The position numbers and the translations under genes are program-made. The notes under the pieces are model-generated. The model saw only the letters and a list, made by a program, of their open reading frames with translations. It had not been told where the DNA came from and did no database searches. Below are positions 24,107 to 34,847 of a stretch of 36,824 nucleotides of DNA, piece after piece; within the stretch, counting starts at the first letter, position 1, and each line of letters starts with the position of its first letter. The DNA comes from Chiloscyllium plagiosum (Eukaryota). The stretch lies in contig NC_057753.1 of NCBI RefSeq assembly GCF_004010195.1, positions 14,974,651 to 15,011,474 of the forward strand. Direction: 5' to 3'.

Positions 24107-25697
24107 TGCAGCAACATAACCTCCCAGCTTTTAAAATCAATCGCTTTAACAATGAAAGATAAAATTCCATTTGCCTTCCTGATTATGTGCTGCACTTGCA
24201 GACTACCCTTTTGTGACATCGATGCCACTGCGCAGCAGTGTTTTGCAATTTCTTACCATTCAAGTAATAGTCCTTATTACAGTTATTCAACCGAATTGGA
24301 TGAATTCACATTTATTAACATGGTACTCCATCTTCCAGACCCTTGCCCACTAGGTTACGCTGTCTATTTGCAAAGTTTCACATTCCCCTCCACACTTTAC
24401 TCTGCCACTCCTCTTCGTGCCATCTGCAAATGAGGCACATTACATTTGGTCCCCAACTCCACATCATCTGTGTAAATTGTCCCGGATTGTGGTGCCAACA
24501 CTGATCCCTGAGGCACATCGCTAGGTACTGATTGCCAAGTAGAATAGCATTCACTCATCCCCACACTTTTCTTCCTGTTGCTTAACGAATCCTCTATACA
24601 TGTTCATTCATCATCCTTGCATTTTTATCTTATGCAGGAAACTTTTGTTTGCCACCTTGTCAAATGCCTTTTTGGAAATCTAGATACAACGCATGTTCTG
24701 GATCCCCGTTATGCACCGTGTTCTTAATGTTTTCATAGAATTCCAAAAGATTAGTTAAGCTTGACTATACTTCATGGACCTATGCTGCATCTGTCCAACG
24801 GGATAATTTCCATCTAAATGCTTTGTTATTTCTTCCTTGACAATAGACTCAAGCATTTTCCTCTTTACAGAAGTTGAGGTAACCGGTCTATGATTCCCCA
24901 TATTTTGTCTACCTCCCTTTTTAAACAGTGGCGTCAAATTTTCTGTTTTCCAATCTGTTGGAACTGCCTCAAAGTCCATTGAATTTTGTAAAATTACCAG
25001 AAGTGCATTTGCTATGTCTCCCGCTATCTCTTGTAATACCCTGGGATGCATTACATCAGGGTCAGTAGACTTGTCTGCCCTTAGATCCATTAGCTTGCCC
25101 AACACTATCTCTTCCACAATACTGATTGTTTCCAGGTCCTTACCTAACTTCGTCTCTTTCTCTTTCATTGGCACGTTATTCATGTCATCCACTGTGTAGA
25201 CAGAGACAAAATACGAATTCAATGCCTCAGCCATTTCCTTATATCCCATGACTAAATTCCCCTTCTCATCCCCGAAATAACCCATGTTTACTTTAGCCAC
25301 TCATTTTTTATATATTTAAAGAAACATTTGCGATCTGTCTGTATATTCCATGGTTATTTTTTCTTTCATGAAATATCTCACTTAACTTAAAGCTTTTTTG
25401 TGGCTTTCTGTTGATCTTTAATGATTTGACAATATTCTCGTTTCTGGCTGATCTTAGTCACTTTGTGTGCCTTCTCTTCTAATTTGATAGCCTCCAATTT
25501 TTCCTTAGGCACACATGGCAGATTAACCCTTTTCTTACAGTCCTTCATTTTCACTGCTATATACTTTTGTTGAGTATTTTGAAATATTGCTCTGAAATTC
25601 TTCTACTGTTCATCAGCTGCCCCACAATATTGTTTTTGCTTCCAGTCTGCTTTTGCCAATTCCTCCATCATTCTTTTGCAGTCTCCACTGTTTAAGC
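24107..25697 (-). mobile_element. CR1-type LINE ORF2 (tether/RT region), disrupted
   Basis: ORF 24755-25300: MAEALNSYFVSV, DKSTDPDVMHPRVL, VPTDWKTENLTPLFKKG, NHRPVT; plus IIRKANGILSFI. Confidence 0.9.
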
Positions 25698-25783
25698 ATT
25701 ACATGAATCAATATGCTATGCTGAATTGAACGAAGAAGGGAGTGGGTATTGAAAGTGTAAAATTCTGTGTTGTTGTCTAACCG

Positions 25784-26101
25784 AACATATCCACGTAGGA
25801 CTGTCAGATGGTGGAAACCCTTGTGCTGGTCGAGTGGAGATTTACTACAATGGGACATGGGGATCAGTTTTTGACGACTCCTGGGATTTGAAAGACGCTG
25901 AATTGGTTTGCAAACAACTAGGCTGTGGATACGTAATGGATATGTCACTTCTTTCCTCGTATGAACCGGGCTCAGGTCCAGTTTGGTTTAAAGATGTGAA
26001 GTGTTCTGGAAATGAATCATGTCTCTGGGAATGTCCTTCAGCACAACGAGGTCGCCAAGATGATTGTTCTCAGAAAGAAGATGTGAGAATTATGTGCTCC
26101 G
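25784..26101 (+). pseudogene. Copy B SRCR exon B4 (paralogue of A2), dead acceptor
   Basis: acceptor ctaaccg versus ctaacag in copy A; frame open but C2 changed to Phe (GSVF); 318 nt. Confidence 0.88.
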
Positions 26102-26204
26102 GTAAGGCCACTCTCTGTATTGCTATTCACCTTTTTATGTGAGTCTTTATGAACTGCTGTATAGTGAATTAGAGAGTATGTGCAGCAAAGACAGCGACTC
26201 AACA

Positions 26205-26588
26205 CAGTGGAACATGTGGCTGAGTGATTTGCACAGCTGCCTCAGGTTGCTAGTGACCTGCGTTGGATTCCAGCCTCGGGCGACTGTCTGTGTGGTGTTT
26301 GCATATTTCCCCCCGGGTCTGCGTGGTTTCCTCCCACAATCCAAAGATGTGCAGGTCAGCGTGGATTGGCCGCGCTAAATTGACCATAGTCTTCGGGGAT
26401 GTGTAGGTTAGCGTGGATTGGCCGTGCTAAATTGCCCATCGTGTTCAGCGATGTGTACGTTCAATGCAGTTGTGAGGTGTAAATGTAGCACAATAAGTTG
26501 GTGCAATGGGTCTGGCTGGGTTAACACTTCGGAGGTTCGGGTGGACTTGTTGGTCGAACGGCCTGCTTCCACGCTGCAGAGATTCTAT
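26205..26588 (+). mobile_element. tRNA-derived SINE of HE1/V-SINE type with internal ~52-bp repeat
   Basis: gtggctgagtg A-box-like, ggattcca B-box-like, tctgtgtggtgtttgca...ggtttcctcccacaatccaaagatgtgc V-domain-like core; LINE-derived end gattctat. Confidence 0.8.
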
Positions 26589-27320
26589 TGGATATATTTC
26601 TTCACCTGCATTCGAGTGTCCTTCCATGAGTATATTCCTATATGAAATGCATGGCAAGCTATACGGTAAAGAAGTCAATAATGGTTCATTGTTAATATTC
26701 TGGGGAAAGTTAATATCTCCAAAAATGTTTAAAAAGATATATTCAGAATGAACTGCTACTTACGATCTTTAGTTCTGTAGCCAGCCATCAGGATTGTCCT
26801 TCCTGTCTGTGTATCCTTCAATCTCTCAGTGGCTCTATATCAGATTGATTCTGAGTCGCAGAAAGTGCATATCCTCTTTACACTTTGCTCCAGATTTCCC
26901 CACATTCGACTGAACTGAATTAAAATTCATGCTGGGCACTCATGCTGGCCATTTATTCTGATTCACTTGTGTTTTTTATTTGCGTGATATTTCCTGATGT
27001 GTCACCATACTTCCTAAGTCATTGTCAATCGGAATGTTTGAAATTGCCTTGGGGATACCAAATCCAAATTGCTGATCCAATACTAAACAGGCATGACGTC
27101 AGCCCCAGTTCCAGTGGATCTTCCACTCTTCAGCAAATCTGACAATCTCCTTTGACCACAGACTTTCTATTTTCGGTCAGTTTAGTTTCCCTACAACTTT
27201 GCAAACTGAATGTGTTCAAGATTCTATGAGCACTTTGTTGAATGTACTTTGAAATCCCATGTGCCTTGCATATTCTGCCCTGCTTCTACTTTCAATGTCT
27301 CGGAGTTCTTCGAAACGTTT

Positions 27321-27589
27321 AGTGGAAGTGTTCTACATCGGGACGTGGAGAACGGTGTGCTCAGAAAGTCTCGAGCTCCACGATGCTGAAGTAATCTGTA
27401 AACAGTTGCACTGTGGCTCTGTCCTGTCCATTGACTATTACGTTCGAGTATTCGGAGCAGGAACGCGACCTATTTGGCTCGATGAGATTGATTGCCCATC
27501 ACATGCGTCTGCCCTGTGGCAGTGTCAGAGAGATCCGTGGGGCCAACACAACTGCAAGCACATGGAAGATGTAGGTGTTGTTTGTTCAG
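27321..27589 (+). pseudogene. Copy B SRCR exon B5 (paralogue of A3), 5'-deleted
   Basis: starts abruptly at VEVFYIGTW; the acceptor and first ~17 codons present in copy A are missing; donor TCAG|gtatc intact. Confidence 0.88.
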
Positions 27590-27669
27590 GTATCACAAGA
27601 TTCTTAACATTCGGGTGTCATTTCAAACACCGATTTCGAATAGAGTCAGCATCTTTCTCCTCTCTCCAG

Positions 27670-27726
27670 AGAGCAATGTGGCGAAGGAGCAACCGCACAG
27701 GTCAAATTCCTGCCATCAGGAATCAG
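27670..27726 (+). pseudogene. Copy B linker micro-exon (ESNVAKEQPHRSNSCHQES)
   Basis: 57 nt, intact splice sites, homologous to 5083-5139. Confidence 0.78.
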
Positions 27727-27812
27727 GTGCGTCCACATCATGAACGTACCAAATCTGGGAATGATGTTTCTGCTTTGTACTGCATTCAATATTACTCAAT
27801 TCTGTGCCACAG

Positions 27813-28130
27813 ATTCGCAACATAGCACGCGCCTGGATGGAGGAAGCAGCAACTGTTCTGGGAGAGTGCAGATCATGTGCGATAAACGCTGGGGCACGGT
27901 GTGTGGTGATTCCTGGGATATAACTGATGCCAATGTTGTCTGCAGACAGCTGGGATGTGGCTTCGCTCTATCGGCCCGAGGAGGGCCCACTGTCTCCCAG
28001 GGGAAAGGTGTTATATGGCAGAATGACGTGAAGTGTAAAGGGAGTGAATCCTGTCTGTCCGACTGTCTCTCACCAGCACCAGCTCTAAACGAATGCCATC
28101 ACAAGGAAGTTGCCAGTGTGATCTGTTCTG
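27813..28130 (+). pseudogene. Copy B membrane-proximal SRCR exon B6 (paralogue of A4), itself intact
   Basis: 318 nt, open frame, canonical AG/GT; 18 amino-acid differences from A4 by hand count. Confidence 0.88.
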
Positions 28131-28630
28131 GTAAGAATGATGCTGACTCACTCGTGTTGATCGGTGATCATTAATATTGCACATTTGTGCAACCATTACA
28201 TTTACGCAGTTTAATTTCTCATTGATATATATGTGTACAATCTCTTCCACAGGATCCGGGTTGTTGCTGACTTCCCCTTCATCTCCACCTGCTGGTATTT
28301 ATAATTGGGCCCACTGTCTCCCAGGGGAAAGGTGTTATATGGCAGAATGACGTGAAGTGTAAAGGGAGTGAATCCTGTCTGTCCGACTGTCTCTCACCAG
28401 CACCAGCTCTAAACGAATGCCATCACAAGGAAGTTGCCAGTGTGATCTGTTCTGGTAAGAATGATGCTGACTCACTCGTGTTGATCGGTGATCATTAATA
28501 TTGCACATCTGTGCAACCATTACATTTACACAGTTTAATTTCTCATTGATATATAGGTGCACAATCTCTTCCACAGCATCCGTGTTGTTGCTGACTTCCC
28601 CTTCACCTCCACCTGCTGGTATTTATAATT
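27983..28630. repeat. 324-bp tandem duplication (27983-28306, 28307-28630) copying half of SRCR exon B6 and the stalk exon
   Basis: direct reading. Confidence 0.95.
28253..28294 (+). pseudogene. Copy B stalk micro-exon (GSGLLLTSPSSPPA); duplicated at 28577-28618
   Basis: 42 nt, homologous to 5663-5704. Confidence 0.72.
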
Positions 28631-28803
28631 CATACTGCTAATAATATTTGTGTTCGAGTTAAGTTCCTGACTAACGATATTGATGCTGTTCGCATATTCA
28701 AGACTTGGAAGCTAATTGTCATTGTTTTCTTAATGATGATTATTTGCAACTTTCCAAGGCATCCCCTAACTAAGCTAAATCTGTTTGTAATCCCTCCTTT
28801 GTG

Positions 28804-28920
28804 GACAGGAAAGTACATCGATTTCCATGCCTGTTGTTGTCTGCTTAACCTTGGGAGTCCTGTTAATCTGTAAGTTGGTCGCACTACTGGTGGTCACGCA
28901 GAGAAAATTACAAATGAAAG
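28804..28920 (+). pseudogene. Copy B transmembrane exon (GQESTSISMPVVVCLTLGVLLICKLVALLVVTQRKLQMK), acceptor lost
   Basis: homologous to 5888-6004; acceptor ctttgtg versus cttcaag; donor AAAG|gtgagc. Confidence 0.85.
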
Positions 28921-29515
28921 GTGAGCGCCACATCTACTGATTGAGCTAACACTGAGCCAACACTGTTCCATGTGGTCTCAGGGCTGAAGATTGTTATTAC
29001 ACTTTTCCATTGTTTGGCCTAGATGACAATGAGTGTGTGGCCGTTCCGAGCTATTTGTTTTCATCACGGATATTTATCCAATGAAACGCCAAGGTGAAAT
29101 ATTGATTAAATCGTTCAATATTAACGTTTGAAGCGGAGTTGCCCCAAGTCATTATCACTCAGAAAGAAATGTAAAGACTGTACATTCTTATGTTTCAGTT
29201 AACCTGTGCACAACAGTTCAGTACAAGTTGTTGATTGCAGCGATATGTCTTGAAGTTTCACTGAATCATTTTCACACTGCCTCTAAATGTTTATTCATTA
29301 GTTACTAATCGTTTGTGCTTCGTCAGTTTCTGGGTGCTGATGCCAGAACCAAAGATTAGTGACAGGTCCTCTAATGGGAATTTCCAGTCAAGCACCAACT
29401 GGGTTCCCTTGACTGAGCAGCTGACCCTTCTTTACTTTTCACAGCGATTGAAAAATCCTTTGGCTGAGAGCCATTTTCTACTATGTGGCAATGTCAGCCA
29501 ACACCAATAATGATT

Positions 29516-29714
29516 TGGAGATGCCGGTGTTGGACTAGGGTGTGTAAAGGTAAAGATAACACAGCACCAGGTTATAGTCCAACAAACTTAATTGGAAGCA
29601 TACTAGCTTTCCGAGAGCCTCTCCACCTGATGAAGGAGCGGTGCTCCGAAAGCTAGTGTACTTCCAATTAAACCTGATGGACTATAGCCTGGTGTTGTGT
29701 GACTTTTAACTTTG
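29516..29714. mobile_element. Penelope-like inverted-repeat (hairpin) insertion with 16-bp target-site duplication
   Basis: arms ~29546-29618 and ~29642-29713 are imperfect reverse complements; flanked by aacaccaataa(t/c)gatt at 29500-29515 and 29715-29730. Confidence 0.75.
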
Positions 29715-30446
29715 AACACCAATAACGATTATTTTCTATACATTTGACATGTTGTTAAATTTACTTTGCATGTACTAATGAAACGTATGGACATAGTTTA
29801 TCCTTACGACTCTCAAAAAAAGTTCTCCTTATTTCATTTGTCTCAGATTTTTACAGTTATCTAATTGTGATAAGCATGTACTTGTATCATTAAAACATTC
29901 CAACAGCATTGTTATCCACTAATTGTTTGACGGAACACTATCTAAACACTGATTTGTACCCGCCTCACGGTGACGAAAGTTTTTAAAATTGCCCACAAAT
30001 TATTAAACTTTTGGTTTGTTCCTTGCATTACGGAGTTTCAATTTCTGCAGTCAGCATTTACGTTCACAAGTAGCATTGCGAGCTGTCAATTTTCAATAAC
30101 TCTTGGTTACACAGCAAAACTGAGTGGAAGCAAAATTCAGGAATTAATGCGCAAATATGTATGGTGAATTACAGAAATGTGAACAGCTCAGACTGAACCC
30201 TTTCGATACATCGTGTCTATTTCGATTCTTTGCAACCAAAGAATAATAATCAAACGATTTTTATTAGATTATATGATTGTACTAGACAGCTAATGTGGGA
30301 ACATTGGATACGTGGATACTTCGTCAAATAGTGACATCCTTCATGTCTGCAAAGTTTGTGGAATTGGTGATGGTGAACGAGAAATATCATTATAGAGAAT
30401 AGAATTAAGGTAGCAACTGGGAATTTTGATATTGACATAAATATCA

Positions 30447-30805
30447 TGGAACATTGAACACTGCAGCGCAGTACAAGCCTTTCGGTGCTCGATGTTGCGC
30501 CGACCTGTGGTATCAGTCTGAAGCCCATCTACCCCACATTATTCAGTTCACGTACATACCTGTATCCAATGACCATTAAATACCCTTGAAGTTGCAGGCA
30601 GTGCGTTCCACGCCCCCACTCCTCTCTAAACAAAGAAACTACCTCTGGCATCTGTCCTGTTTCTATCATCTCTCAATTTAAAGCTATATCCCCTCATTCT
30701 AGCCATTACCATCCAAGGAAACAGGGTCTCACTATCCATCCTGTCTAATCTCCTGATTGTCTTGTATGTCTCAATTAAGTCACCCCTCAACCTTCTTCTC
30801 TCTGT
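30447..30805 (-). mobile_element. CR1-type LINE 3' end
   Basis: ERRRLRGDLIETYKTIRRLDR...RGYSFKLR motif; gaacattgaaca tail. Confidence 0.88.
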
Positions 30806-31197
30806 CGTTGCTATGAAAATAGGACGGTCCATTACAGTATCGCAATCGAAATTATTGAGTCGGTTTTGGAACTCAACATATCACTGAAAATAAAGTTAAA
30901 TTAAACCATCCTTACAGGACAGCACACAACAGGATCACAGGCAAGAACATGTGGTGTAGTAGATTCACAAAATATGCACTTTGTCACAGAAATGATATCA
31001 GTTCAAGTCGTATCAGACACGTTGACTCTGCTGAGGAAACAGAAGGCATTCAGTTGACTTCATTCCAGTTTTCTCTGAACAAATGGTGGGGATTTCGAAT
31101 GAAGTCATTAAAAATACTTTGTGCAGAAGTGTCTCATTGCAGTGATTTAACATTTCACTTAATCTTGAACCACTGCAATATGTTCATTAAATGCTGC

Positions 31198-31444
31198 CAG
31201 TGACTAATGGCGTGCCACAGGGATCAGCTTTGGGACCACAACTAGGTAAAAATTACACAAGAAGATTTGGAGTTGGAGACCACGTGTAGTGTATCGACGC
31301 TAGTGGATGACGCTGACATGAGTGGTAGAGCAAAATATGCAGAGGACATGAACCTTTGCAGGGATGTGTAGTCAGTTTAAATGAGTGAGAAAAGGTCTCA
31401 TAGATGGATTGCAATGCTGATAAATGTGAGTTCCTCCATTTTGG
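31198..31444 (+). mobile_element. CR1 RT internal fragment
   Basis: VTNGVPQGSALGP and NADKCEFLHFG motifs. Confidence 0.75.
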
Positions 31445-32150
31445 AGTCTCTTGAGCTCGTTGTTGAGGACAGCTGATTTCCTTGAGAAGCTGATATCCTG
31501 GAGGATTTCTGAGAGTCCGGTCATCATTGTCTGGACGTTCCAACTTCCCAGTTTTCGAGCTGGTCTCTTTTGTTGTTTTCTTTTGTTGCTTGGTGCGGTG
31601 ATTGCAACCTGCTCTTCGGATAATTCCCAACCTCTGTGCACCCAATGAGGATAGCAGGTTGTGGCGGGACAGCATGTTACTGGCGGGGGCCTGGCCAACT
31701 TGAGGCAGGCGGTAGCTATCCCAGTGGGATCCAATAAGTCCCTCCCACCACCGGGCGGAACCGCTGGCGTCATGCTGTACGTCAATCTAACGATGACTTT
31801 GACTGGTATCTGCTGCCCAACCCCCACCCCGTGTTGTGTTGCCGCTGCAGGCGAAACTGGAGTGTCTTCTCCAGGTGCAATGGTGGTAGGATGTAAGCCG
31901 AGGTGGTGTGGTTCACCCTCTCCACAACACTGGCTAATCCAAAGGAACAGCAAAGCTGTTACAGTTTGGTACCAGCGCCGTCGCAGGAACTGCCAGAATG
32001 AGGTTGGAGATAACGACGAAATGCCTTTGGGGCCCCGACTCTGAATGTTTCCTCGAGGTTTCCTCCTGAAGCCTTTCCCATATATGGTTCTGCCAGCAAG
32101 ACAGCGGAGGTTTGAAATCAGAATTTTCCTTCTCTTTACCAGGAAACAGC
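31445..32150 (-). mobile_element. RTE-clade LINE 5' UTR plus start of the APE endonuclease
   Basis: KLGSWNVQTMMTGLSEILQDISFSRKSAVLNNELKRLQ matches the RTE N-terminal (WNVRT) pattern; GC-rich leader. Confidence 0.78.
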
Positions 32151-32159
32151 CCGCCTGTG

Positions 32160-32555
32160 GGCCTCTCCTAACCCTCCTTATCCACATCTTTCCGCAATCT
32201 TCTTATCCACACCTCTCCCAACCCTCCTTATCCACATGTCTCGTAATCTTCCTTTCCTTACTCAACTCCTATATCTTTTATATCCCCAATCTCCCTCCTT
32301 ACCCAACTGTCCCACATAACTTACATCATTGTAAGTCTCACTCTCACGCCCCCACCCCCAAACCAGGTCTCTGCCCCACTCCCATCTTTCTCTCTCCCTC
32401 ACCCTCCACCATCTGACCATGTTTCTCTACCCCAGATCCCATTCCTCTTTCTGCCAAACTGACCCCTCCCCATCTCACCTGCTGTTACCCCCCAGACCCC
32501 AACCTCACACCGCCACCCCTCTGGATCTCTTTCTGACTCTCGCCCCCGCCTCCAG
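32160..32555. repeat. C/T-rich low-complexity tract
   Basis: pyrimidine-rich; accctccttatccacat at 32171 and 32221. Confidence 0.7.
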
Positions 32556-32954
32556 TACGTTTGTAGAGTCGGGTAATGGCAATGTTCGAGTTCTAGAAGC
32601 ACAGCCAAAGCTGCTGTAGCTGGGCCTTGGCCTCACGTTCTCTGGGACTGCTGTCAGGCTCGGGCACCTTTCTTGTCATTGGGCCCATCGAGTGTATTCT
32701 GCCATTCGATCATGGCTGAGGTGAGTCTCAACGTCTTCCTTCTACCTTCTACATGGAAATTCTTATCCCCTCGTCAATCAATAACCATTTTATTTCTGTC
32801 TTAAAGATGCTCACCGACTTGGAGTCCATAATCTTTTGCGTTCCATAGATTCGCCACCCTTAGGCTGAAGATATTTCACCTTATTACAATTCGAAAGAGC
32901 CAAGGCTTCACCAGGATATTGAACTTAACATTAACTCTCCATTTTTGATTTTAG

Positions 32955-33069
32955 CAATTTCTGCTTCCATTGATTCACTCAATCACTTTTGAATACTACA
33001 CCAGTCAGAACTTGAGAGAAACTGATCCCGAAATGGGAAATCCTGAGGTCAACTTCAACAGTATTCCAG
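32955..33069 (+). pseudogene. Copy B cytoplasmic exon 2 with a +1 frameshift
   Basis: homologous to 9944-10051; 115 nt; extra T in cacttttgaatac creates TGA. Confidence 0.82.
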
Positions 33070-33820
33070 GTGTGTACGTGATCACTTTCTGACAATTCGC
33101 TTTTGTCCTTCACTTTCTGTGCCGACCAAACTTTAAAGATGTGAAACGTCACAAGACTGAGGAATTGCAATGTCACGACTGGCTGTTTCATGAGGCAGAT
33201 CAAGTCGAAAGAAAGTTGCTGTTTTTGTACCACGTGTTCATGGACATGGTTCATCCAGTCAGAGCCTGTCAAAAGCAGACTCAAATTATTCCAATTGCAA
33301 TTACCAGCACACTTGACCCATAGCCTTGTATGTCTTGGCATCTCACGTGTACCACTGAATACTTCTTAAAAGTTATGAGTGTCTTTTGTCTCTATCGCCC
33401 TTACAGGTGGCGAGTCGCAGATTCACAACAGCTTCTGGGGGAAGATAATTTTCCTCCCATCCTCTTTACTTCTCCCATCACTTTATTAAAATCGATGGCC
33501 CTGATCTTTGATCTCTCCACCAAAAAGATATGTTCTTTCCTGTCCTCACCACTTATATCCATCATAATTATATCATGTACCTCAACTATGGCCGCTACTC
33601 TGTGTCCACTGCTCCAAGTCATTCAACAGGAAGATATGTGCAGCTGTAAATTGCTTAGCCGCTCTAAGCTCTTCCTCCATTCAATGAGATGATTTCTGTC
33701 TATGGTGTGACCTAAATCCAGATATCTGTCTTTGAACAACATCCCTTAACACATTTGATCCACAATAATCTAGCTCGCATTTAAAATTAAGAATTGATCG
33801 AACATCAACTGTCTTTTGGG

Positions 33821-34231
33821 GAACATAAGACATAGAACACAGAACGTAGAACATAGAACAATACAGCACAGAACAGGCCCTTGCGCCCTCAATGTTGCGC
33901 CGACCTGTGAAGTATTCTCAGTTCGTCCCCCTCCACTATCCCAAAATCATCCATGTGCTTATCTAAGGATTGTTAAAATCTCCCTAATGTGGCTGAGTTG
34001 ATTACATTAGCAGATGGGACATTCCACGCCCTTACCACTCTCTGCGTAAAGAACCTGCCTCTGACATCCGATTCAAATCTATCACCCCATCAATGTGGAG
34101 CTATGCCCCCTCGTACAAGCTGACGTCATCATCCTAGGAAAAATACTTTCACTGTCTACCCTACCTACTCCTCTGATCATCTTGTACGTCTCTATCAAAT
34201 CCTCTCTTAGCCTTCTTCTTTCCAATGAGAA
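33821..34231 (-). mobile_element. CR1-type LINE 3' end with (TATGTTC)n tail
   Basis: repeated gaacata units; related to 30447-30805. Confidence 0.88.
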
Positions 34232-34347
34232 TTCTAAACTTTGTACAGATCCTTACTCTTGCTTGGATCCTTGCTGAACGGTCTGACATGAGCTACTAAA
34301 ATATACGGCCTAGATCTGGAATAGCCCCACCAATTGATATTGGTTTT

Positions 34348-34847
34348 NNNNNNNNNNNNNNNNNNNNNNNNNNNNNNNNNNNNNNNNNNNNNNNNNNNNN
34401 NNNNNNNNNNNNNNNNNNNNNNNNNNNNNNNNNNNNNNNNNNNNNNNNNNNNNNNNNNNNNNNNNNNNNNNNNNNNNNNNNNNNNNNNNNNNNNNNNNNN
34501 NNNNNNNNNNNNNNNNNNNNNNNNNNNNNNNNNNNNNNNNNNNNNNNNNNNNNNNNNNNNNNNNNNNNNNNNNNNNNNNNNNNNNNNNNNNNNNNNNNNN
34601 NNNNNNNNNNNNNNNNNNNNNNNNNNNNNNNNNNNNNNNNNNNNNNNNNNNNNNNNNNNNNNNNNNNNNNNNNNNNNNNNNNNNNNNNNNNNNNNNNNNN
34701 NNNNNNNNNNNNNNNNNNNNNNNNNNNNNNNNNNNNNNNNNNNNNNNNNNNNNNNNNNNNNNNNNNNNNNNNNNNNNNNNNNNNNNNNNNNNNNNNNNNN
34801 NNNNNNNNNNNNNNNNNNNNNNNNNNNNNNNNNNNNNNNNNNNNNNN
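34348..34847. other. Assembly gap (500 N)
   Basis: run of N; the round length suggests a placeholder of unknown size. Confidence 0.99.

Noticed and set aside
31372..32187. 271-aa minus-strand ORF as a novel gene
   Set aside because: Read-through of a GC-rich RTE leader into the endonuclease start and then antisense CR1
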